A program made the translations under genes and the position numbers. Shown one piece after another: positions 10,823 through 20,786 of a DNA stretch of 64,000 nucleotides. Source of the stretch: a virus; IMG/VR virus record IMGVR_UViG_3300025012_000003. One strand, given 5' to 3'. How positions within the stretch are numbered: the stretch's first letter is position 1; each line of letters begins with the position of its first letter. The notes below the pieces were generated by a model. That model worked only from the letters and a program-made list of their open reading frames with translations, did no database searches and was not told where the DNA came from.

Positions 10823-13048
10823 CTAGTAATAGAATACGTTAGCCACTACAGAAGAAACAGGTAAAGTTATTTGAGTATTAAACTTTTCAGTAATTGCAGA
10901 GTTAGCACCTGTCCATCCGCCCATAGCTAATCCAGAGTTTTGACCTCCACATCCAGACAAAGTAATTCTAGCAGTTCCCAAAGAACTTGTGTTAGTCCAA
11001 AGGATACCATTAAATTTTTCGGTATTGGCGACATAGGAACCAGTACTACCCCCAAAACTTAAAGCAGAATTCTGAGTTCCGCACCCACTTAAGTTGGTTC
11101 TAGCAGATACTAACGAAGAAGCAATAGACCAAGTAGCCCCATTGAATTTTTCTGTGTTAGCTAATACATCAGAACCCGTAGTAGTTCCTCCAAAACTTAA
11201 TCCAGAGTTTTGACCTCCACATCCCCCCAGCACATGCCTAGCAGTGTTCATATTACCAGTAGCAGTCCAAGTAGAACCATTAAATTTTTCAGTTATATTA
11301 GATGTAGAACCAGTATTACCTCCAAAGCTTAATCCAGAATTTTGAGTTCCAGCCCCTGCAAGTCCGTGTCTAGCAGTGTTTAAAGCCCCCGAACTTGTCC
11401 AAGTGGAACCATCGAATTTTTCAGTTACAGCAGAAACAGTTCCTGTATTACCCCCAAAGCTTAACCCCGCTGTTTGAGTTCCACACCCTGCTAATAGATA
11501 GCGAGTAGTATTTAAGTTTCCACTATTAGACCACGTAGCACCGTTAAATTTTTCAGTATTATTTAATATAGTAGAAGCGTTATATCCCCCAAAGCATGTT
11601 CCAGTATTCTCAAATCCACAACTTCCCATAGCATATCTAGCAGTGTTTAAGTTACCAGAAGCAGTCCATACTCCTCCAACAACGTCATCTAGGAATCCAA
11701 GAGTAGCTAAGTCATTTTGTTCTTCCTCAGTTAATCCATTACTTACAGGTCTTACTTCTACTGCTAAATAAGCAGGACAATATATTTCAAAAGTATTTAA
11801 ATCGTCTTTTAATGTATTTAATTCTATTATATCATTATTACTACTCAATAAATAATAGGAAAATAAAGGTTCTCCAATAAATTTTTCAGTAACAGCAGAA
11901 ACAGAACCTGTGGCTCCTCCAAAACTTAATCCAGAACCCTGAGTACCACACCCTGCTAATCCCCACCTAGCAGTGTTTAAGTTACTACCACTAGTCCAAG
12001 CAGAACCATTAAATTTCTCAGTGTTGTTCAAATAATTTGAACCGTTGGTGGTTCCCCCAAAACTTAATCCAGAATTTTGAGTTCCAGCTCCTGCAAGACT
12101 GTACCTAGCAGTATTTAAACTATTTGAATTAACCCAAATAGAGCCATTAAACTTTTCAGTAATTGAGGATATTGCTCCTGTCCAGCCTCCAAAACTTAAT
12201 CCAGAATTTTGAGTTCCGCAACCTCCCACAGCCATTCTAGCAGTGTTTAGTGAACCTGAAGTAGCCCAAGCAGAACCATTAAATTTCTCTGTTACAGCGG
12301 AAGCGGAACCAGTGTTACCTCCAAAACTTAATCCAGAATTTTGAGTTCCAGCTCCTGCAAGACCATATCTAGCAGTGTTTAGTGAACCTGAAGTAGCCCA
12401 AGCAGAACCATTAAATTTTTCTGTTACAGAAGAGTAAGCTCCTAATCCAGAAGAATCTCCCCCAAAACTTAATCCAGAATTTTGAGTTCCACAACTTCCC
12501 ATACTTAATCTAGCAGTGTTTAGTGAACCTGAAGTAGCCCAAGCAGAACCATTAAATTTCTCTGTTACAGCGGAAGCGGAACCAGTGTTACCTCCAAAAC
12601 TTAATCCAGAATTTTGAGTTCCAGCTCCGTTAATTCCCCACCTAGCAGTGTTTAAATTCCCAAAATTACTCCAAATATTACTAACTAAATTAGTTCCTAT
12701 ATAATTAGTTAAGTTTATATATCTGTTACCAGAGTCTGAAATATAGAATTCTTTATACATAGCATCTACGTCTAAAGATGTTATGGTTAAACTTCCACCT
12801 CCTCCAGTTCCAGTATTAACTTGAGTCCATCCAGTATTTCCACCATTAGATGTTTTTCTATAAACATAACCAGTTGCAGTATCTTCGTATATAATACCTA
12901 TGTTAGCAGTAACAACTCCTTCAGGAGCACCAGAATCTCTCAGAAATGTGGCATTAATACCATTATATAGAGTATCAAAATCACTATTTACCTGAGCAGC
13001 TAAACTTATTGTATTTCCAGTAAAATCGTATGGTTTACTTAAAGTCAT
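10823..13048 (-). CDS. Kelch-like tandem beta-propeller protein (6+6 repeats), putative tail/receptor-binding protein
   Basis: Twelve NTAR..G.GTQNSGLSFGG..TEKFNG..W repeats in two blocks; N-terminal GAPEGVVTANIG.Y fibre-type motif. Confidence 0.8.
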   Translation of the reverse strand: MTLSKPYDFTGNTISLAAQVNSDFDTLYNGINATFLRDSGAPEGVVTANIGIIYEDTATGYVYRKTSNGGNTGWTQVNTGTGGGGSLTITSLDVDAMYKEFYISDSGNRYINLTNYIGTNLVSNIWSNFGNLNTARWGINGAGTQNSGLSFGGNTGSASAVTEKFNGSAWATSGSLNTARLSMGSCGTQNSGLSFGGDSSGLGAYSSVTEKFNGSAWATSGSLNTARYGLAGAGTQNSGLSFGGNTGSASAVTEKFNGSAWATSGSLNTARMAVGGCGTQNSGLSFGGWTGAISSITEKFNGSIWVNSNSLNTARYSLAGAGTQNSGLSFGGTTNGSNYLNNTEKFNGSAWTSGSNLNTARWGLAGCGTQGSGLSFGGATGSVSAVTEKFIGEPLFSYYLLSSNNDIIELNTLKDDLNTFEIYCPAYLAVEVRPVSNGLTEEEQNDLATLGFLDDVVGGVWTASGNLNTARYAMGSCGFENTGTCFGGYNASTILNNTEKFNGATWSNSGNLNTTRYLLAGCGTQTAGLSFGGNTGTVSAVTEKFDGSTWTSSGALNTARHGLAGAGTQNSGLSFGGNTGSTSNITEKFNGSTWTATGNMNTARHVLGGCGGQNSGLSFGGTTTGSDVLANTEKFNGATWSIASSLVSARTNLSGCGTQNSALSFGGSTGSYVANTEKFNGILWTNTSSLGTARITLSGCGGQNSGLAMGGWTGANSAITEKFNTQITLPVSSVVANVFYY

Positions 13049-13054
13049 ATATTA

Positions 13055-13507
13055 TTAACCCCACATAGCACTTGATACAATATGCCAGTTATCACCATCA
13101 CTAACAACCCTCATATAGGCATATTGACCGCCTATAGTTTTATTTAAACTTCCGTCCAAAGTATCAGTTAAATCACCCTCTATTATCACGTTACCCGTTC
13201 CAGAATCAACCTTTTTAACAATTACTTCTTTACCAGTAACATTAGCAGCGGGAGGTAGGGTTATGGTTCTATCGGAACTTCCAGTAGTAACAGTAGCAAA
13301 ACTTTCATTATTAGCCATACTGTAATCAGTACTATTTACTGCTACAAAAGTAAAACCAGAACTTCCAGTCTGACCTAGTATGTTAGTCCAAGACCCCCCA
13401 TTATCCTGTCCTTGTAAAACTCCAGAGTTAGACCTGATACCTACTTTATTAGCCCCTTTTCCAATAGTAAATGTATCTATCAAAGTACCAATCAGATTAA
13501 GTAACAT
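13055..13507 (-). CDS. Putative tail-fibre-associated structural protein
   Basis: TITLPPAA..GKEVIVKKVDSG...VVSDGDNW domain; N-terminus resembles 26437..27024. Confidence 0.55.
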   Translation of the reverse strand: MLLNLIGTLIDTFTIGKGANKVGIRSNSGVLQGQDNGGSWTNILGQTGSSGFTFVAVNSTDYSMANNESFATVTTGSSDRTITLPPAANVTGKEVIVKKVDSGTGNVIIEGDLTDTLDGSLNKTIGGQYAYMRVVSDGDNWHIVSSAMWG

Positions 13508-13559
13508 TATTATTAATTCCCTTAAATTAAATTACGTGCTTATTCATCATAAAGTTCTC

Positions 13560-13573
13560 TATTTAAAATATAA
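13560..13573 (-). promoter_or_regulatory. Late-type promoter variant
   Basis: TTATATTTTAAATA; identical at 56401..56414. Confidence 0.5.
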
Positions 13574-13622
13574 AAGTCCCAGTAAATAACTGAGACTTTT
13601 TTAGGTATATTTTTATATATTT

Positions 13623-14699
13623 TTAAATTAGTTCATATAGCTTATTTTTTATAATGAAATCAGCTATTCCGTTATCTCTTCCCACATATAAATTCATAGC
13701 TAAAGACATCTTATTACCTAATTCTGAGGTGGCTTTTATAGCATAATCTTTTCTTTGTAAATTTTTATTAGTACTATAGAAATTATCTATCTCTTGAATC
13801 AGCTCATTATATAAAACTACTAATTTTACTCTAAATTCTTCTAGGTACCTTAATAAATCTTTATCTTCTTTAAATAGTGGAAGAATATCATCTAGCCCAT
13901 TGCCTAGAATAAGTTCAGATAAGTGTTTTTTATTAGAAACATTGTCCTTGCAACGATGTTTTTTAATGTAATCCAAGGTTTTGAATTTCATCCTTTGTCC
14001 ATTATCAAAAACTATTACAAATCCTTCTCTACCAGAAGCAGTTTCTTGTAATTTAGCAACATCTTCTAAACTTATATTGTACTTTTTTACAATTTCAAAA
14101 GGACATTCCTTTAATTCATGTACGGAATGATATTCTCCTGTTAGCATATTTCTCAAAGCTAACAAAACCAATTTTTCTTCGGGATAGAATAAGACTATTT
14201 GGTTAGTAGGTGCTACATATTCTGCAAGAACCGTATATCCTTTATCTATCCAATCATTACAGAAATCTTTATAAAGATTATTATTATTTATTATTTCGGT
14301 GGCTCTGATAGCTTGGTCGGAATAGGGGGTAGATTTAGTTTTAGCCAATAGTTTACCGTTTGGAAGTTTACCCACCATTATTAAGCTACCGTCTGTTTTT
14401 TCAGTGATAGATGTGGGGGTCAATTGAGATACTAACAATTTATCCGTGAAAGGATTCTCTTCATAGTTGAAGAACTTTTCAAAAGGTCTAGCGAATATAG
14501 ATAAATTTTCATGAGTATCTCTCATAAAAGATATGCCCCTACTTTCTAATGAACATTCAGACAGCCAATCACTGTAACTAGCTAATTTGTAAGAGAAAGT
14601 TTGTATAATATACCCATCATATTCATGTTCTATTTTATAAAAAACTTCACTATGCTGAGTTAGTTTAGATAGATTCTCGTACAAAGTTAATATGTCCAT
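13623..14699 (-). CDS. RNA ligase, T4 Rnl1-like
   Basis: ESRGI, RPFEKFFN, EKTDGSLI (KxDG), EYVAPTNQIV, EGFVI; AAGGAG precedes ATG at 14699. Confidence 0.9.
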   Translation of the reverse strand: MDILTLYENLSKLTQHSEVFYKIEHEYDGYIIQTFSYKLASYSDWLSECSLESRGISFMRDTHENLSIFARPFEKFFNYEENPFTDKLLVSQLTPTSITEKTDGSLIMVGKLPNGKLLAKTKSTPYSDQAIRATEIINNNNLYKDFCNDWIDKGYTVLAEYVAPTNQIVLFYPEEKLVLLALRNMLTGEYHSVHELKECPFEIVKKYNISLEDVAKLQETASGREGFVIVFDNGQRMKFKTLDYIKKHRCKDNVSNKKHLSELILGNGLDDILPLFKEDKDLLRYLEEFRVKLVVLYNELIQEIDNFYSTNKNLQRKDYAIKATSELGNKMSLAMNLYVGRDNGIADFIIKNKLYELI

Positions 14700-15432
14700 C
14701 AGTATCTCCTTCATTAAAATATTTCCACAAATAACCACCTGCTATTTTTCTTTTATTTTTACAAACCTGTCCTATGTTCTGTGCGGGGATGCCGTAAAAT
14801 TTAGATGCTTCTGACATACTTTGAAATACTAAACCTGTTGTTACATTAATTACCCTTTTTCTATTAGGGTTGTTTTTACTAACTTTTATTTTCATTTCTT
14901 CGGTATGTTTATATCCTAGGCAATGTTTATTATTTTTTAAAGCTTCACTTAATTTTATTCTAGTTTCATCTTTGGTTATTCTAAGTTTTCTAGCATTCCT
15001 TAGTTTCACTTTAGTTTCTTCAGTATGAGGAATACCTTTGTTACTAGCATTACGTCCCTTAAGTGCTTTACTTAAATTATTTTTATGCTCATCTGAGAAT
15101 TCAATACCTAAATTACTTTCAGCAATTCCTCTCTTATTATAACCGTATCTTGGATTGTTAGCTTTTAAACTATCTATCCAATATTGCTCTTTTTCCAACA
15201 ATAAATTCTTTAATTGTTCCACATCTTTAGATAATACTATATATTCTAAAACCTCAAATATGAAATTATCTTTCCCGTATTTATTATAAGAACTTTGTAA
15301 ATGTTTATTATGATGTACTCCTCTTTTTAAGTTATCAAAATGTTGTTGTTTTCTACTTTTTAAGCGAGAGGAACTACCAATATAGTATTTACCAGTTACT
15401 GTATTAATTATCTTATAAACACCTTGATTCAT
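14665..15432 (-). mobile_element. Free-standing GIY-YIG homing endonuclease gene (NUMOD3/NUMOD1-type C-terminus)
   Basis: GVYKI..YYIGSS; HTEETK-type repeats; SMSEASKFYG...AGGYLW. Confidence 0.88.
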
Positions 15433-15905
15433 GTTGTTAATTCTTGCATTGATAATCTTGTTAATAATTTATTATAGCATGACAGGTATGTTAAGTCAAT
15501 ATCTTTCTCTTGGATACATTTAAAATCTTTAACATTAATTAATATCTTGTCAAAACTATTATCTAATAGAAATTCCAAGAAAGTATTTGTTATAGTTTCA
15601 TAGGATACATCATTTTTGAATACTATCTTCCATGTTTTTCTATCTTCAAAGGCTAAACATCTCTTATTGAAATAGTGTATTTCATAGATAAAACTATTCC
15701 TAGTTGTATTATTGAATATTTGATAGAGTATAAAAGGATATTGACTTACTCCCAATTCTTGACATCCCATACACTCGGTTAAGAAATCACCACAATAATG
15801 TATTCTCTTAAATTGTTCCTCTGTTCTATGACTTTCATACTTATACTTCAAAAACGAGTACAGAATGCCTATAATTCCGCCTACTATAATTTCATTAAAA
15901 ATCAT
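15429..15905 (-). CDS. Hypothetical protein with C-terminal tag (MQELTT)
   Basis: ORF track; ends ATG CAA GAA TTA ACA ACA TGA. Confidence 0.65.
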   Translation of the reverse strand: MIFNEIIVGGIIGILYSFLKYKYESHRTEEQFKRIHYCGDFLTECMGCQELGVSQYPFILYQIFNNTTRNSFIYEIHYFNKRCLAFEDRKTWKIVFKNDVSYETITNTFLEFLLDNSFDKILINVKDFKCIQEKDIDLTYLSCYNKLLTRLSMQELTT

Positions 15906-16852
15906 ATAAAATTTTTACCGTTAGTGGCAATTGTTATAAGTTTATCTACATCATATAGTCTTGTGGAAATAGCTAAAGTCTCTAATTCTTTATACATATC
16001 TCCATCATTAAAGGGTAGCATTAAATCAGATATGTTATCGGTTCCTATTCCTACTTGTATTTCGTATTCCAACATCTCATCTACAGGTGTTATAGAATTA
16101 TGTACTGGTTGTAATTCTTCTTTTCTGGGAGAATCCAACCATGCCCTAGGACAACAGATAATAGAAGTTCCCGTTTCTTTTAAATAATCATAGATAAAAT
16201 TTCTATAATTTCTAGGATGACTAGAAAGAGAAATACAATGTATTAATGATACTTGTCCTTCTAATCCATATTCTACTATCTTATTTAATACTAGCTCGGT
16301 CTCTTTTTCTTCGGAAGAATTGAATTGGTCTACATGAACATGAACTTTTTTAGATAACTGTTTAGCCCTTTTAAATACTATATCCAAATGAGCTTCTAAG
16401 TCAATATCTCTAGCAGGTAAAGAACCTATAATATCACAATAGGCAGAACCCATGTCAAAATAATACCTGTTTTTTTCATCTAAAATACCTTTTAGAGTTT
16501 GGTTAGCACATTTTAGGTCTATTAAAGCTCCAAAATTTCCTTTAACATTTTCAAAAGCTTCGTATGGTTTAGATTCTGATACTTCATCAAAGTCTAAAAA
16601 GGTACATATTCCTCTAGCTCCGTTCATTTTTTGATAAGTAACAGCATTCATCATATTAGTAGTTAGTTGTTTTACAGTTATTTCTTTCTTTATAGTATCT
16701 ACTAAATGCCATTTTTGTTTTAAATTCTTATTGGATACATTAAAATTTTCATCTGTAAGAGTATAAGCTCTATCCAAGTGAGCATGACAATTATAAAATC
16801 CGCCCTTTTTCTCTATGAGGTCTCTAAAATATCCTTCTACGTTAAAAAACAT
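15902..16852 (-). CDS. Amidohydrolase, cytosine deaminase-like
   Basis: HAHLD, HVHVDQ, HCIS, GTDN metal-binding motifs. Confidence 0.85.
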   Translation of the reverse strand: MFFNVEGYFRDLIEKKGGFYNCHAHLDRAYTLTDENFNVSNKNLKQKWHLVDTIKKEITVKQLTTNMMNAVTYQKMNGARGICTFLDFDEVSESKPYEAFENVKGNFGALIDLKCANQTLKGILDEKNRYYFDMGSAYCDIIGSLPARDIDLEAHLDIVFKRAKQLSKKVHVHVDQFNSSEEKETELVLNKIVEYGLEGQVSLIHCISLSSHPRNYRNFIYDYLKETGTSIICCPRAWLDSPRKEELQPVHNSITPVDEMLEYEIQVGIGTDNISDLMLPFNDGDMYKELETLAISTRLYDVDKLITIATNGKNFI

Positions 16853-16860
16853 ATTACTCC

Positions 16861-17448
16861 TTAAAATTTAACTTTACAAGACTTATCTATTCTAGTTAGA
16901 ATACTAACTCCACTAAATTTTTCATCTCCATTCAAGTTCATCAGAGCTTCTACTATACCCACTGCTTCTCCCCTACTATTTAATACTGGACTGCCAGACC
17001 ATCCTTTAGCTATGAAAGAGTCTGAGACAAGATAGTTGTCGGTAACTCCAAATATTTGACCAGAAGAAGAACTAACACAATTGTTAATTTTTATCTTATC
17101 CCCTTTTTTAATGGTACCTATAGAATATGGGGCTATTCCTTCTGTATTTATATTTATGGTGGTTATAGTGTTAGTCAAGTATTTAACCTGACTCTGACTT
17201 ATCAATCTAGCTTTGCCTTTAATATCTATAAAAACATATTCAAAATTATTATTTAAGATATGGGTAGCTGTTATTATTTTATTTTTTCCAACAATAAAAC
17301 CATGACCATAGGCTATATGGTTTTTATCTACTACTCCTATAATTAAAACAATTCTATCGTCCTGACATCTTTTTAGAAGAATATCTTTGGCACAACATTG
17401 GATAGCTAATAAAAAACAAAACAAAATGGATAATAAAATTCTAAACAT
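16861..17448 (-). CDS. Trypsin-like serine protease with signal peptide
   Basis: GFIV...ITATH and GWSGSPVLN..G..VGI. Confidence 0.82.
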   Translation of the reverse strand: MFRILLSILFCFLLAIQCCAKDILLKRCQDDRIVLIIGVVDKNHIAYGHGFIVGKNKIITATHILNNNFEYVFIDIKGKARLISQSQVKYLTNTITTININTEGIAPYSIGTIKKGDKIKINNCVSSSSGQIFGVTDNYLVSDSFIAKGWSGSPVLNSRGEAVGIVEALMNLNGDEKFSGVSILTRIDKSCKVKF

Positions 17449-17469
17449 AAAAATATCTCCTTTTATTTG

Positions 17470-17498
17470 ATTATACCAAACACGGAGATAAAAGTCAA
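17470..17498 (-). promoter_or_regulatory. Sigma70-type promoter
   Basis: TTGACT-17 nt-TATAAT. Confidence 0.7.
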
Positions 17499-17499
17499 G

Positions 17500-18411
17500 T
17501 TAAAAATTCATGAATTTTTGTAAAGCTTTTTCTACATCATCTACTTCAGAATCATCTAACTCTTTATCATCTATTAAATCTTCTAAATCAGATACTAATC
17601 TATTATATAAAAATCTGGATAATAGTTTATATTGAGCATTGTCATCTTCCCACTCTGGGGTATCAGCACTGTGCTTTCTTCTTATTTCTTTCCAATGTTT
17701 TTTATCTTGAGAAAGGGAGGCTATTTCCTGTTCCATAGAGTCCAATTTATCTTGTAATAAATCTCTTAATTGTATTTTAGTCTCTTCAGGAACTCTTCCC
17801 ATAACATTTCTGAGATACCTATAATCTATCAAATCTCTTCTTAATTTACCGATATCTAAATCTGCATCTTTAGTGAGATACTCTATTTTAGAAAACACGT
17901 CTTTAAATACTTCGTAGGGATTGTATGTATCTTGTTTTAATATTGGTTTTTTAATCCAAGTATTTTGTAGCAGTGAATAAACTCCTATACTTTTTAAATC
18001 TGACTCTTCATCAAACTCTACATACACTTCAAAAGGATGAATACCTGCATACCAATTATTTTCTTCTCTATTATCTTTGTACCACTTCATTACTTTTTTG
18101 GTAAACTCTAAATTATCTTCTCCCTCTATTTGGTCAACATTAGGAATTATATGAATATCTATATCCGATTCATCATCGTATATATTGGATGTTATGGAAC
18201 CTATGATATAAATATCCCTAGATAGTTCAATAAGATTATAATACGGATAAGCTCTTAGTGCTCTAAATATTTTGTTTTTTACGTCTTTTCTAAGGACGTA
18301 ATCTTCATTATCTTTAAAAAACCAAACATCCTCAGAAGGTTTTTCATGAGGAAAGTCTATGGAGGACTCATTTAATCCGCCAATAATGTTTTTAATCTTT
18401 TTTAATGACAT
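17500..18411 (-). CDS. Pol-beta-fold nucleotidyltransferase with N-terminal motif
   Basis: IIGSI...SDIDIHI (GS + DxD); starts MSLKKIKNIIGGLNE. Confidence 0.75.
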   Translation of the reverse strand: MSLKKIKNIIGGLNESSIDFPHEKPSEDVWFFKDNEDYVLRKDVKNKIFRALRAYPYYNLIELSRDIYIIGSITSNIYDDESDIDIHIIPNVDQIEGEDNLEFTKKVMKWYKDNREENNWYAGIHPFEVYVEFDEESDLKSIGVYSLLQNTWIKKPILKQDTYNPYEVFKDVFSKIEYLTKDADLDIGKLRRDLIDYRYLRNVMGRVPEETKIQLRDLLQDKLDSMEQEIASLSQDKKHWKEIRRKHSADTPEWEDDNAQYKLLSRFLYNRLVSDLEDLIDDKELDDSEVDDVEKALQKFMNF

Positions 18412-18580
18412 TATTTCTTTTCTTCTGTAAGAGGTCTAAGCTCTTTACTTTTCTTCTCATCTACCAAACTGCTAATGTTCATTAATAATTGTTTAATTTT
18501 TTCTAATCCTTGTTCCATACCAAATTTCCAGAATTAATTGTACTCTATCTATTTATAATTTAAAATAAGTATGTAACAAA

Positions 18581-19530
18581 CTAATCTATCAGTTCTTTTA
18601 GTACTAGATATTTATTAATATCTTCTTCATTTATAGGTAATAACTCTGTATCAAATCTATATCTAGTATACATTTTTATCATTTCTTTACCCAATAGCTC
18701 ATTATCCAACATAAATATAATTATTTTATTAAAAATATCTTGAATATCATCGTTTCTAACCTTATAGTAACTAATCTCTATGTTATTCCCCCAGCTAAAT
18801 CTTAAAGATATTTCAAAATTATCTATATCCAACCTATGCAGTATTATATCGTACTTTCTATCGAAGGCTTTTATAGAATAAAGTAATTTACTCAATGTAG
18901 GATTTTCTATAATAGTTGAAATTTCTATTTCATTCGGATACATATCTAACTACCTGTCAGCTCTAATAGCATTCCTAGCCTACATCTTAAATCCTCTGAT
19001 AAATTTGAATTTTCTAAAATATTATTTAATTGATAATTTTCTATTTGGTCATATCCTTCATTATCTAAAATATATTGGACTAATTCAGTAGGGCACTGAC
19101 CTATAAAAAATGTAAAAAAATTACTAAATGAAAAATCCATCAACCTAACATCGAATTTTGCTTTATTAAACGCAAATCTATTTACTATTATATGAAGAAT
19201 ATCCCTTTCTGTTATGTTAGTTCTTTTTAATTTTCCGTGAAAAACTGTTCGGGTTATGAAACATTGAAATTCTTTATAATTCACTTTTTCTTTTGGGATA
19301 TGTATAGTATGATTAGGTAACTCAGTATAATAATATCCAAGAGCTATTATTTCTGTAGCTTTGTTCGGTATTATTAGTTCAGAGGGGTCATTGTTATAAT
19401 ATTCTATCTCTTCTATTTGCATGGAAGATTCTAATATTCTTATATTTTTAGTATTACTTTTTATGGCATTATTTCCATAATCCCTTGGTTTAATATTATA
19501 TTTTTCCATAAAAGAAGCTAAATTACTCAT
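18581..19530 (-). other. Two hypothetical CDS with C-terminal tag (VLKELID, MLLELTGS)
   Basis: ORFs 18581..18943 and 18946..19530. Confidence 0.7.
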
Positions 19531-20786
19531 ATTATTAGTTTTTCATATCCTCGAGGATACTTATAAATTTATCTATCTCTTTCTTTTCTATAAGACCACA
19601 TTCATAGTCTCCGACATCTCTATTAAAGGCATATCTGACACCTAGCCACAATCTTTTAAAGAAGTTATGTTGTTTTGGATTAAGTCTAACATCCGCATAA
19701 ACAGTATCATCTCCCTCTACGGTATAGAAACGTAGTACATGATGAGCACAACAACATTCACACTCAACATAACCAACTTTAAAAGTACAATTATTGGCAC
19801 CTTCGTATTTATTTATCATATTTATTTCTCCTCTTCGTCTTTGTTCTCTTTTATGAAACTAGATTCTTTAGACAATTTATTCTGTTCATCTAAAAGTTTA
19901 AAATAATCTTCTTTTGTGGGAGCTAACATACTAATACTACCATTAGTTATTATATAGACTAGATAATAATTGAGATTTCTTACTATGTCATTAAGTATCT
20001 CCTTATTATATCTATAGAAGACACTGACACATAAGATAGAAAGAACTCCATTAAGTACTAAGTTAGTTCCTCCCAGAATACCCATTAGATGATATAATAA
20101 AGATATAGGAAAAATATATAAAACTGCTATATTTAATAAAGTTATTACTAGGGATATTGCTATAAATCTAGGGTTCATTAAAATTCTCCAATAATCTACT
20201 TTAAATCAGTATAACATCAATTATACTGATTTACAATACTATGTTAAGTTTAATTAACTCCAAATATGTGTTAAATATTTTTGAAGAGATTTAAAGAATC
20301 CTTCGTAGTTCTTTTTCTCGAAAGCTACTACTTTGTGTATATACTCTTTTTGTTCTGGAGTAGACTCTTTAAATCTAAGATGACCTTCTTCTGTTCTTTC
20401 GAACCACTCATCTACATTATCACTACAAGGCATATCCCCTAAGTATTTATGGGAGTTAGAAAACCTATCCATACGACCACGAATTACATCTATCTTCTTA
20501 ACTGTCCAAGGAGCATCATAATGTATATCATCCTCTACCATAACTTTCCTTAGTCTTCCTAATTTAAAGTCTATTATTCTTAGCAGATAATCATAATCCC
20601 AATCCTCATCATTATATAAAACAGGAATCCATCTAATTAATCGTTCTGCAAACCTAAATTGCTTTCTTATGAAATAGGCTACGTCATTTTCTAATAGTAA
20701 ATCTCCCACTTTTGTAAAAATAGTTTCTTCTCTGGGTTCGAAATTTTTAATTGCTTTTGGACTTAACATAATTTATTCTCCTCATA

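Noticed and set aside
1-13048. Diversity-generating retroelement acting on the propeller genes
   Set aside because: No reverse transcriptase in the window; shared tracts are identical rather than differing at adenines.
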